DNA of 64,000 nt, taken from assembly GCA_965248535.1 (NCBI GenBank), contig CBDFJR010000002.1, positions 1,728,001-1,792,000 of the forward strand. The letters run 5' to 3'. This document shows, in pieces, positions 48,885-58,900 of the stretch. This DNA is from Phormidesmis sp. (GTDB lineage: Bacteria; Cyanobacteriota; Cyanobacteriia; Leptolyngbyales; Leptolyngbyaceae). The notes under the pieces are model-generated. The model searched no databases, was not told the origin of the DNA, and saw only the letters and a list, made by a program, of their open reading frames with translations. The stretch's first letter is position 1, and every line of letters begins with the position of its first letter. The position numbers were made by a program, and so were the translations under genes.

Positions 48885-51563
48885 ATGCAGCACTACCATC
48901 AGCCAAATTGGGTTAGGTCGATTGCCCTGTTTCTAGTCGGGGTCAGTCTTCAGTTTTTGTTCCATGCGTCTACACCCGCCTCAACCGTTGCTCAACCGCC
49001 GGGTATGATCCCTAGCAATCAGTGCGCTGAGTTGCTTGCACCGCTGACTTCTGAAGAAGAAGGCTATGCTCGAACGGCCTGGCAATACTTCCTCAACAAT
49101 TATCAGACCACAACTGGGTTTACTAACTCTGTTGGAAATTATCCTTCTGGCTCAATGTGGGATATGGGAAACTATTTGATGGCATTGAATGCTGCGCGCT
49201 GGCTGAATCTGATTAACCAGGCAGACTTTGACAATCGCCTCAACAAGTTTTTGACCACCCTCAGCGGACTGAAACTGTTTGATAATGCTCTGCCCAACAA
49301 AACCTATAATGCGGCAACTGGAGAATTGGTGGACTATGGCAACAAAGCTGTAGAACGAGGCATCGGTTGGTCGGCGCTAGATATGGGACGAATGCTGTCA
49401 GCGTTTCACGTCATCCGCACTTGTCATCCTCAATATAACGATTGGCTCAAAGGCATTGTGGCGAAGTGGAAGCTGGCAGACTCGATTCGAGATGGGCAAC
49501 TCTATGGGGCGATCGTGACTCCAGAGGGCAAAACTCAACTAGTTCAAGAGGGGCGGCTGGGCTATGAAGAGTATGCGGTGAGAGGCTATGAGCTTTGGGG
49601 CTTTAAGGCAGACAAAGCACGATCGCTTCAGCCCTATAAATTTGTTGATCTCTACGGAATTCAAATTCCTGTTGACAGTCGCGATTTTCAAAACTCAGGT
49701 GCCAACAATTATGTAGTCAGTGAGTCCTATATCCTAGACGGAATTGAGTTTGGTTTGCAGGGCGACATGGCAGATTATGCTTCTAGAGTCCTAGAGGTTC
49801 AAAAGCGGCGCTATGAAACCACTCAACAGTTAACGGCCGTCTCAGAAGATAACCTCGACGGCCCGCCCTACTTCATTTACAACACAGTCTATGCCAATGG
49901 GGTGCCTTGGGCAGCCATCACAGATGCAAACCAGCCTTATCCACAGTTTCGCAACATTAGCACTAAGGCGGCCTTTGGCTGGCGCTATTTGTTCCCGACT
50001 AACGACTATGCTCAAAAGGTCTTTGATGCCGTCAAAACTTTGCGGAGTGACGATGGCGGCGGCTTCTTGGCGGGACTCTATGAAGAATCGAAGCAGCCCA
50101 ACAAAACTTTAACAGGCAATACTAATGGCTTGATTTTGGAGATTTTGTACTACAAAGCTAGAGGGAACCGATCGCTGATAGGCGGTACTCCTTCGACGTT
50201 GACCCAGATTGCTCCGATCGTGGCTGTTGGCACTCCACAGCCTTCGCCCAATTCTGCGCTCAGTCAGCCTTTGTCAGAAACAGAACGCCGCTCTGCTCAG
50301 GCTGCGTGGCAATACTTTAAAACCAACACTCAAGCCACTGGGTTAGTCAACGATCGTAGTGATTTCAAAGGTGCATCGCTCTGGGGCATCGGAGATTATC
50401 TTGCAGCCCTGCACGCAGCGCGATCGCTCGATATCATTTCGGGTCAAGAATTTGAGCAGCGAGTTCGGCAGAGTTTGAGCACGATCGAGCACTTGCCTCT
50501 CTTCGCCGGAGAGTTGCCCAATCGCGGCTATGATCCCTGGTCGCTGCAACCTGTTGATTATGGCGACAACCCAACACTGGATGGAACAGGCTGGTCAGCT
50601 TTAGATGTGGGTCGATTGTTGTCAGCTTTATATAATCTCAAAACAGGTCATCCTGAATATGCTGCCGCCGTTGATCGCATTCCCCTTGATTGGTCTTATC
50701 TGCGAGTTGTGCGCGATCAGAGATTGTTTAGCGCCAAAGTGAGTCGAGATAGCCGCGGGCGATCGCTGACCCGGTTAGTTCCAGAAACTCGCCTGGGCTA
50801 TGAAGAATATGCCGCCCGCGCTTTACAGCTTTGGGGATTTGACGTTGATCGGGCCACGATCGGAGGACATTATCAAACCCTATCGATCGCAGGCATAGAG
50901 GTGCCGACTCAGCGCCAGCGATCGGGCCGCAACCCAGACCCCAATCTCCACACTGTCAGCAATCCTTTTTTACTCTATGGTTTAGAGTTTGGCTTTGATC
51001 CACAGATGCGATCGCTGGTTCAGCCCCTTCTCAAGGCGCAGGCAGAGCGCTATCGCACCACCCATACTCTCACGGCTGCGGCAACCACCGTAATTGACCG
51101 CCCTCCCTACGTGATTCACAGCACGATCGTGGGTCAAGGCGAACCTTGGGCAACGCTAGCAGATGATGGTCGATCAGTTCCCGATCTGCGAATGGTCAGC
51201 ACCTCTGCTGCCTTTGCTTACCATGCCTTGTTTCCGACTGAGCCATATACTCAGGCATTGCGGGCAGCGATCATAGACCTAGCTAATCCCTCCCAGGGCT
51301 ACCCAGAGGGTCGTGATGAAAAAACTGGCAAGGCGGCTACGGTGTTCACGGCTGAGACAAACAGCCTGATTTTGCAATCTATTTTGTATCAAGCCACGCG
51401 GCAGCAGCCGTTGACCCAATCTACCCCAGCGCTCAATTCTCCTTGGTGGGAAGCATTAACCAAAGGAGACTTCGATCGAGGGTTGCCCAAAGTCACTCAA
51501 CAAACGGCCCAACGGGTCACGGATGACACCGGAACCTATTGGACTTCGACCCGGCACAAATAA
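48885..51563 (+). CDS. Tandem DUF3131 domain protein
   Basis: Two copies of AWQYF…LPN…GWSALD.GR…RLGYEEY; signal/TM at N-terminus. Confidence 0.87.
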   Translation: MQHYHQPNWVRSIALFLVGVSLQFLFHASTPASTVAQPPGMIPSNQCAELLAPLTSEEEGYARTAWQYFLNNYQTTTGFTNSVGNYPSGSMWDMGNYLMALNAARWLNLINQADFDNRLNKFLTTLSGLKLFDNALPNKTYNAATGELVDYGNKAVERGIGWSALDMGRMLSAFHVIRTCHPQYNDWLKGIVAKWKLADSIRDGQLYGAIVTPEGKTQLVQEGRLGYEEYAVRGYELWGFKADKARSLQPYKFVDLYGIQIPVDSRDFQNSGANNYVVSESYILDGIEFGLQGDMADYASRVLEVQKRRYETTQQLTAVSEDNLDGPPYFIYNTVYANGVPWAAITDANQPYPQFRNISTKAAFGWRYLFPTNDYAQKVFDAVKTLRSDDGGGFLAGLYEESKQPNKTLTGNTNGLILEILYYKARGNRSLIGGTPSTLTQIAPIVAVGTPQPSPNSALSQPLSETERRSAQAAWQYFKTNTQATGLVNDRSDFKGASLWGIGDYLAALHAARSLDIISGQEFEQRVRQSLSTIEHLPLFAGELPNRGYDPWSLQPVDYGDNPTLDGTGWSALDVGRLLSALYNLKTGHPEYAAAVDRIPLDWSYLRVVRDQRLFSAKVSRDSRGRSLTRLVPETRLGYEEYAARALQLWGFDVDRATIGGHYQTLSIAGIEVPTQRQRSGRNPDPNLHTVSNPFLLYGLEFGFDPQMRSLVQPLLKAQAERYRTTHTLTAAATTVIDRPPYVIHSTIVGQGEPWATLADDGRSVPDLRMVSTSAAFAYHALFPTEPYTQALRAAIIDLANPSQGYPEGRDEKTGKAATVFTAETNSLILQSILYQATRQQPLTQSTPALNSPWWEALTKGDFDRGLPKVTQQTAQRVTDDTGTYWTSTRHK

Positions 51564-51626
51564 GGGCAGGACTGGCTCCTACTGTTGCCCTCACTCCCAT
51601 CTGTCACGTTCACCTACCAAACTGGT

Positions 51627-53624
51627 ATGACTACACCCACCGCTATTGTCGAAAATTTTCCGGCGTTCTCTGGCAACCTGCGATCGCGACTCAAAGAACG
51701 AACCCTGCTTTTTCGCTACCTGGCTGAGATCAACCTGATTCTCGGAGCGTGGTATTTGCAATGGCGGATCGGTCATTCAATTAACTTCAGTGCGTTGTGG
51801 TTAGCAATCCCCCTTCTGTTGACAGAAATTTATAGCTATGTTGGCGGAGTCATGTTCACGATCGGACTCTGGCGACCCCTAGTGCGTCAGGTCAAATCGC
51901 TAGATCAGTTAACCCCGCCGTTACGTCGCGCCGATTGGTCAACGGTTGATGTTTTTGTCACCTGCTGCGGTGAGTCGCCCCAACTCGTTGAGCAAACCAC
52001 GCGAGCAGCGTTAGCGATCGACTATCCCGCGACTAAACTGCGCGTTTATGTCTTAGATGATGGAAACTCGCCTGAAATTCGGGCGGTCGCTCAAAAGCTA
52101 GGAATGGAGGATCTCCAGTCGCCGTTGCTGCAAACTGAGATCCAGCGAATTAAAACGGAGCGATCGCACCTGATTGAGCAATTGGAACAACTCAAACATT
52201 TAGCGTCTGATATTGAAGCGGCCGAACAATTATTGCAAACCTCACCCGGTGACAATGGCGCTCTAGAGGCGTTGCAGTCGCTTGAAAAATTGGTGCTGCT
52301 GTTAAGCCCCAATCATTTGAGTATGCACGATCGCCTCAACTCTGAACAACTCAAGATTGAAGCCGCGATCCATCAAAAAGAACTAGAGCTAACTGAACTT
52401 GTGCGCTGTCACTATATTGCTCGACCCAAGTCTGCGGGCAAGCCCCATCATGCTAAAGCAGGCAACATTAACTACGCTATCTTTTCAGGAGAAACCACTG
52501 GAGACTTCATTCTGACGCTGGATGCTGATCATATTTGCAAGCCGCAGTTTCTCAAGCGAGTGTTGCCCTACTTTTACACCTGCAACCCCCAGACAGGGCG
52601 CTACGAGAACAACCGCATTGGCTTTGTGCAAACGCCCCAAGACTTCTATAATCTCCCGTCGGGTGATCCCTTTGGGCATCAAGCACACTTGTTCTACGGC
52701 CCGATTCAACAAGGCAAAGACGGACTCAACTCAGCATTTTATACAGGCACCAATGCGGTTTTGAGACGAGAAGCGCTCGTCAGTGTCGGGCTGAAATATT
52801 TTTCAGAAGCGTTTGCAAAAGACGAAACTCGCCTAGACGAATTTGAGTTGATTGGCGGAATGTCTAGCAGCAGCATCACCGAAGATATGAACACGGCGAT
52901 GCGACTGCATGGGGCAGGGTGGCGATCGGTCTATCACAGTGAACTGTTGGCAGTCGGGCTAGCGCCTGATGATCTTAGCTCTACGCTCAAACAGCGACTG
53001 CGCTGGGCCCAGGGCACTATTCAGGTGTTGCTCCAAGAAAATCCTTGGAAGAAACCAGGGCTGAGTTTTTGGCAGCGACTCCAATATTTTCAGACAATGT
53101 ATAGCTATTTTTCTGGGTTTGCTACCCTGATTTTTATTGCTTGCCCAATCCTCTACTTTTTTTCAGGGGTGATTCCGGTCAGCGCCTATGGCAATGACTT
53201 TGCGCTGCACTTTTTTCCGGCGTTTGTGGTGAATCGATTGACGTTTATGGCTGCCACTTGGGGCATTCCGGCTAGTGAGGTCTGGCGCTCTGAGCAGTAT
53301 GCGATCGCGCTATTTCCCCTGTTTATTCAAGCGGTCTGGAGTGTTTTCACGAACCGCCCCATCAAATTTCAGGTTACGCCAAAGCAGAGACAATCAGGGG
53401 TTTATCTAAAACTGGTTTTGCCCCAAGTGTTGATCTTTGGTCTAACGATTTTAGGACTGGGGTGGAGTTTATTGTTATTGACAATGGGCAAATTGCAAGA
53501 TCCCTGGATTCACCTGCTTAACAGCGCTTGGGCAATTTATAATCTGACCCTTTTGTGGGCAGTGATTCGGGCGGCTGTGTGGCAGCCTAAATTAAGTGTC
53601 GGCGCGATCGAGCAATTCGATTAG
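51627..53624 (+). CDS. Cellulose synthase-like processive GT2
   Basis: DDG, HAKAGN, DAD, QTPQ, TED, QRLRW, FQVTPK; flanking TM helices; no PilZ domain. Confidence 0.93.
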   Translation: MTTPTAIVENFPAFSGNLRSRLKERTLLFRYLAEINLILGAWYLQWRIGHSINFSALWLAIPLLLTEIYSYVGGVMFTIGLWRPLVRQVKSLDQLTPPLRRADWSTVDVFVTCCGESPQLVEQTTRAALAIDYPATKLRVYVLDDGNSPEIRAVAQKLGMEDLQSPLLQTEIQRIKTERSHLIEQLEQLKHLASDIEAAEQLLQTSPGDNGALEALQSLEKLVLLLSPNHLSMHDRLNSEQLKIEAAIHQKELELTELVRCHYIARPKSAGKPHHAKAGNINYAIFSGETTGDFILTLDADHICKPQFLKRVLPYFYTCNPQTGRYENNRIGFVQTPQDFYNLPSGDPFGHQAHLFYGPIQQGKDGLNSAFYTGTNAVLRREALVSVGLKYFSEAFAKDETRLDEFELIGGMSSSSITEDMNTAMRLHGAGWRSVYHSELLAVGLAPDDLSSTLKQRLRWAQGTIQVLLQENPWKKPGLSFWQRLQYFQTMYSYFSGFATLIFIACPILYFFSGVIPVSAYGNDFALHFFPAFVVNRLTFMAATWGIPASEVWRSEQYAIALFPLFIQAVWSVFTNRPIKFQVTPKQRQSGVYLKLVLPQVLIFGLTILGLGWSLLLLTMGKLQDPWIHLLNSAWAIYNLTLLWAVIRAAVWQPKLSVGAIEQFD

Positions 53625-53689
53625 TCTCGCCTATCTGCTGGGTACACTAATCGAAGTCTAAAGTTATTCAAATTACTGGGTTTATTCTC

Positions 53690-54013
53690 ATGAGCTTAAT
53701 GGTCAAGGTCATCCAACCCTCTGGAATTTTGGACAGCATCAATGGAAACCGTCTCCGTCGGGAAATCAGCGATATGGTCGAAGATGGGGCTAAAGCGGTG
53801 CTGATTGACTGCCGCGAGGTCGAGTTTATGGACAGTTCTGGTTTAGGTGCTTTAGTGATGTCGCTCAAGACTGTTCGAGAAGCAGGGAGTAAGCTTTCAA
53901 TTTGTTCTATTAATGATCAGTTGAGAATCTTGCTTGAGCTGACGAGCATGGATGATATTTTTGAGATTTTTGCTACTCAGGAAGACTTCAATCAGACTGT
54001 GTTGGCAGCGTAA
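53690..54013 (+). CDS. STAS anti-sigma-factor antagonist (RsbV-like)
   Basis: FMDSSGLGAL phosphorylation motif. Confidence 0.93.
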   Translation: MSLMVKVIQPSGILDSINGNRLRREISDMVEDGAKAVLIDCREVEFMDSSGLGALVMSLKTVREAGSKLSICSINDQLRILLELTSMDDIFEIFATQEDFNQTVLAA

Positions 54014-54217
54014 CGCTATTTGAAGAGTACAAAAGGTCAGATTACCCATTTGTCTGATGAAACAGCAGATCCACCGGAGGGCACGGGCTATCGTGCCCTT
54101 TTACGATCGCTTGTCCCATAATTCTGTCAGTTTAACGAGAGTTTGATGGAATTTCCCGCGGGGGTTTCTCCTCTAAAAATGCTTCTAGAATGCGGGGAAA
54201 GACTGACTGAACTGACG

Positions 54218-55357
54218 TTAATTTAGCTGAATCTTGAGCAGTGAGCAGTCATCTTCAAACGGGATGCCACTGTTCAGCGCTAACACTTTCTGAACGATCT
54301 GATGAGGACTATTGAACGTTTCAGCAAAATCATGATTTGAAAGCAAATTGACAAAGCTATCTAGACTCCAAAATGTGTCATCGTCTTGCTTAATTTCATA
54401 AATTCCGTCACTAAAAAGATAGAGGGTGCTCGAAGCCTCAATGGTGCAAAAGCCGTTGACATAGCTGCTGTCCTTTAACATCCCGATCGGGGTGCCTCGT
54501 GTCTTTAACCGTTTGATTTGTGGGTCTGCATTTGGCTCTTGAGACAACAAAATTGCGGGTGGGTGTCCGGCGCTGGCATAGGTTAAAAGCCGCTTTTGCC
54601 GATTGTAAACGCCATACCAGATCGTAAAGTAGCGATCGTTTTGTCCATCCATTTGAAAGATTTCATTGAGCGCTTTCAACACATGGCTAGGCTGATAAAA
54701 GTTAACCCTATCTAGAGACTGCGATCGCAGCACATTTTGCATACTCACTGATGGCAGAGCCGAGCCTAAGCCATGCCCAGAAACGTCAAGCAGGTAGATC
54801 ATTAAATAATCGGGATCTAACCAGTAATAATCAAAACAGTCACCGCCCAGTTGTCGCGACGGAACAAATTGAAAGTCGATCGAAACCTCGCCGACTAGAG
54901 GCTTAGGAAGCAGCGATCGCACATATTCAGCCGCTTCGGTTAGTTCTGCTTCTAAGGTTTGTTTTTGAGCTTGCAGATCTTGGGCTAACTGATAGAGACG
55001 CAAGCCCGATCGCACCCGTGCTTTTAGCTCACTGACTTCGATCGGCTTTGAAAGAAAGTCGTCTGCTCCCGTATCTAGCCCCATAATCCGATCTTCGACG
55101 GTCGATCGAGACGTGAGCAAAATGAAGAATGTTTTAGACAATGACGCATCTGCTTTGACGTGGCGACAGACAGCTAACCCGTTCATTCCAGGCATTTGCC
55201 AGTCACAAATAATTAACGCTGGAAGATGATTTTTAGCTTGAATGATCCCTTCTTCACCCGTGCGCGCTAACAGCACTTCATAGCCCTGCTCTTGCAGCGT
55301 TCGTCTCAACACCATTTGAATAATCGGATCATCGTCAATAATTAAAATTTGTACCAT
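54218..55357 (-). CDS. REC + PP2C/SpoIIE phosphatase (RsbU-like)
   Basis: REC CDWQMP; GGD, DVSGHG, SAGHPP, SDG, DD. Confidence 0.94.
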   Translation of the reverse strand: MVQILIIDDDPIIQMVLRRTLQEQGYEVLLARTGEEGIIQAKNHLPALIICDWQMPGMNGLAVCRHVKADASLSKTFFILLTSRSTVEDRIMGLDTGADDFLSKPIEVSELKARVRSGLRLYQLAQDLQAQKQTLEAELTEAAEYVRSLLPKPLVGEVSIDFQFVPSRQLGGDCFDYYWLDPDYLMIYLLDVSGHGLGSALPSVSMQNVLRSQSLDRVNFYQPSHVLKALNEIFQMDGQNDRYFTIWYGVYNRQKRLLTYASAGHPPAILLSQEPNADPQIKRLKTRGTPIGMLKDSSYVNGFCTIEASSTLYLFSDGIYEIKQDDDTFWSLDSFVNLLSNHDFAETFNSPHQIVQKVLALNSGIPFEDDCSLLKIQLN

Positions 55358-55564
55358 ATTAATCAAAAATCCCTGAATAAAATTCGTTATCTAAGAAGTA
55401 ACAATTAGGCAATGTATGTATCAAAGTCAATTAATTGAGTGTAGCCTAGGGAGAGCATTAGAAACTCATAAAAACCAGTCTTGTAGCGCTGAAATCTGAG
55501 CACTTGAAGATGAACTAATTGACAATAGGTTTCCCATTATCTACTAAAAAATCACTCGCTGAAA

Positions 55565-55990
55565 ATGGTTAGCAAACATCAAATTCGAGTTAAATCTGCC
55601 CTGACTGAGCTAGGTCAGCTTTTGTCGTGGTTCAATCAATTAAATCAATCTATGATTCCCTCAACGGTGTGGGTGCAGTGTCAAACAGCGCTAGCTGAAG
55701 GGTTTACTAACGCGGTGCGTCATGCACACAAAAATAAGTCTGTTGAAACTCCCATTGATGTTGAAGTAACGATTCAAGAGGGGTTTCTAGAAATTAGAGT
55801 GTGGGATTATGGTGCCATTTTTGATTTAGCTCAAAAGCTTGAAGCAACCTCTAAAATCGTTGATCAGATCTCCATAGGCGGACGGGGCTTAGTGTTGCTT
55901 AATCGTATTTCTGACCGCCTTAGCTATGATCGAACAGCAGACCAACGCAACTGTTTGCTAATTGTGAAAAAATACTCGCTTACTGTTTAG
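55565..55990 (+). CDS. RsbW-like anti-sigma factor/serine kinase
   Basis: [19 protein letters not shown]. Confidence 0.92.
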   Translation: MVSKHQIRVKSALTELGQLLSWFNQLNQSMIPSTVWVQCQTALAEGFTNAVRHAHKNKSVETPIDVEVTIQEGFLEIRVWDYGAIFDLAQKLEATSKIVDQISIGGRGLVLLNRISDRLSYDRTADQRNCLLIVKKYSLTV

Positions 55991-58900
55991 TTCTCGCTAG
56001 CTTTTGAATCTGGTCAAACTTCTCTATCAGTTCTATAAATAAGCTCGAAGCTCCTTTGAGGTCACCTATTCTGGCTTTGCTTTCTAGCTGTGCGGCTGGA
56101 GCTTGAATGGCGATCGCGCCCATGTTTGCGCTAGAGCCTTTGATGTAGTGAGCTTCAAGCTCAACCGTGCGACAATCGTGTTCACAGATAGCCAACTCTA
56201 AGGCTTTTAAGTGATTGGGCAAAGTTTCAGATAGTGTTTTTAAAAGCTCTAACTCAAATGCCTCATTGCCATTAGAGAGATTGTGAAGATAGTTCCAGTC
56301 AATTAACTGATTGTGCTCTGATTGACTAGCATTTTTTTGACTAGAAGGCTGAACTGCGGCGGCTTGAATGACTTGACTCCAGTGGATCAGTTTAGCTGCT
56401 AGCTCTTCTTTGCGAACAGGTTTGCTAATGTAGTCGTCCATTCCAACATCTAAGCAGCGTGCTCGATCTTCTTTCATAGCATTTGCTGTCATAGCAATCA
56501 CGATCGTGCTGTTGACTTGACTTTCTAAACGACGAATTTCTTGAGTGGCTTCATACCCATCCAGTTCGGGCATTTGACAGTCCATTAAAATCAGATCGTA
56601 GTGAATTTTTGTGAGCAGATCTAAGACTTCTTGGCCATTGGCAGCCACATCTGCTTCATATCCTAAGTTTCTTAACTGGTTTAGGGCCACTTTCTGATTT
56701 ACCAAGCTGTCTTCTGCCAATAAAATCTTAAGTTTTATCTGACTCTTTGGGTTGATCGAAGCGGTTAGATTTGATGAATCAGGAACCACTTCTAAAACCG
56801 ATTGATTTGAGAGATGATCCGATTGATTGATGACTTCCATTAAGCAATCAAACAGACGAGACTGTTTAACTGGCTTGACCAAATAGGCAGCAAACCCAAG
56901 CTCTGCTGCATGATCAGTTCCTCTTTGATTGCAGAGGGAAGTCATCATCACTAACCGCGTCTCTGAGAGCGTTGAGTTAGCTTTAATTTGCTGGGCTAAC
57001 ATCTCTCCGTCTATCTCTGGCATCTGCATATCAAGAATGGCGATCGGGTAGGGGCTTTTTTGCTCGACTGCATTCTGCATAGCTATTATTGCGGCTCTGG
57101 CCCCTTCGGCTTCATCGACCTGCATTCCCCACGCAGAGACTTGGTGACGAATAATTTTGCGATTAGTGGCATTGTCATCTACCACTAAGAGTCTGAGTCC
57201 TTTTAAGCTGGCAGTCATTAGCTGCGTCGGCTGACTTATTATAGGATGAATTTGCTTCTTAAAGGAAATGACAAACCAGAACCTAGACCCTTGCTCTATC
57301 TGGCTTTCGACTCCAAGAGTGCCTCCCATTAAATCTATGAGTTGTTTGCAAATGGCTAATCCTAACCCGGTTCCTCCATACTTCCGGGTGGTCGAAGCAT
57401 CGACTTGAGAAAAGGGTCGGAATAGCTTTCTTTGCGCGTCTGGTGCGATGCCAATTCCTGTATCATTGACCGAAAATGAAATGGTGGCAGTGGTTGAAGT
57501 TTCTGATAGCAGAAAAGCCTGAATTAGGACTTCTCCAACGTTGGTAAACTTGACGGCATTTCCCGCTAAATTCATCAGCACTTGACGTAAGCGGCTTACA
57601 TCTCCGCGCAAATAATTTGGAACTTTTTTGTCAATTAATATCCCGATCTCAATGCCTTTTCGATAGACTGGCAATGCCAATAAATCAACGATTTCTTCGA
57701 TGCAGTTTTTTAGATCAAAATCCAAAACTTCTAGCTGCATTTCACCTGCTTCTAGCTTAGAAAAGTCTAAGATCTCATTGATTAACGTCAGCAGCCCATC
57801 GCCGCTCACCCGGATGGTTTCAGCAAAATCTCGCTGCTGTGAGTCGAGGTTAGAGTCTAAAAGTAAGCCCGTCATGCCGATAACAGCATTCATCGGCGTG
57901 CGAATCTCGTGACTCATGGTGGCTAAAAACGAGCTTTTCATCTGAGTGGCTTGCTCGGCTTCTCTGCGGGCGTGTTCTAACGCTAGGTTTTGTTGGGCGA
58001 GTTGTTCTCGCTGTTGAGTTTCTTGGGTTAGGAGACGAGATTGTTCTAGAGCAATGCTCACCTGATTGGCGAGTTGGCTGAGAAAATCGATTTCAAACGA
58101 TCGCCAGTGGCGAGGGGCAGAACATTGATGAGCAATCAGCAACCCCCACAACCCGTTGATTTCTAAAATGGGAACAATTAGGGTTGCCTGCACCTGAAAC
58201 TGGGCTAGCATCTCTTTGAGATCAGGCGAGAGATCTGCTTCTTTAACGTGGTCGATCGCCCAAGTCTGACCTTGCCGATCGGTCTGTTGATAACCACACT
58301 CAAAGCAGGTTCCTGGAATGGTGGAGTCAAGGGCAGAAGTCCAACTTGTGCCAACTGATTCTACAGCGATCGTGCCCTTCCGGTCTGGGCCAAATTGATA
58401 AATCACGACGCGATCGGCTTGAAGAAACTGGCGAACTTCTTGAACTGTTGTGGTGAGAATCTCTTGCAGATCGAGAGACTGACGAATGCGAAGGGTCGAA
58501 GCTGAGAGCAACTGCGCCCGATCGCTTTGCCGTTGCACCGATTCTTCGGCTTGTTTTTTCTCAACAAACTGACCAATTTGTTGCCCGATCGCGGTCATCA
58601 TCTCCAGCAGATCGCGATCGGGCTGATGAATTTTGTGGCTAAAGAAGGCAATCACCCCAAACACTTGATGGTTGCCTGAGATGGGGAACCCGATCGCCTG
58701 GTTCAACCCGGCGTGGCGGGCGGGAATCGATCGTAAAAACGTTTCATCCTGCACTAGGTCAGTCAGCCAGAGGGGTTTGCTGCCCTCCCAAACTCGCCCC
58801 GGCAGCCCCACCCCAGGGGCAAAGGTAAACGACTGGGTGACGGTTTGAAACTCGGCTAAGGGAGTCAGAGGCGCAGACCAAGCTTCGGTGAGCCGAAGGA

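Noticed and set aside
51627..53624. Assigning gene symbol bcsA and calling the product cellulose
   Set aside because: Motifs show a processive GT2 only; no PilZ, bcsB or bcsZ, so linkage type cannot be read from sequence
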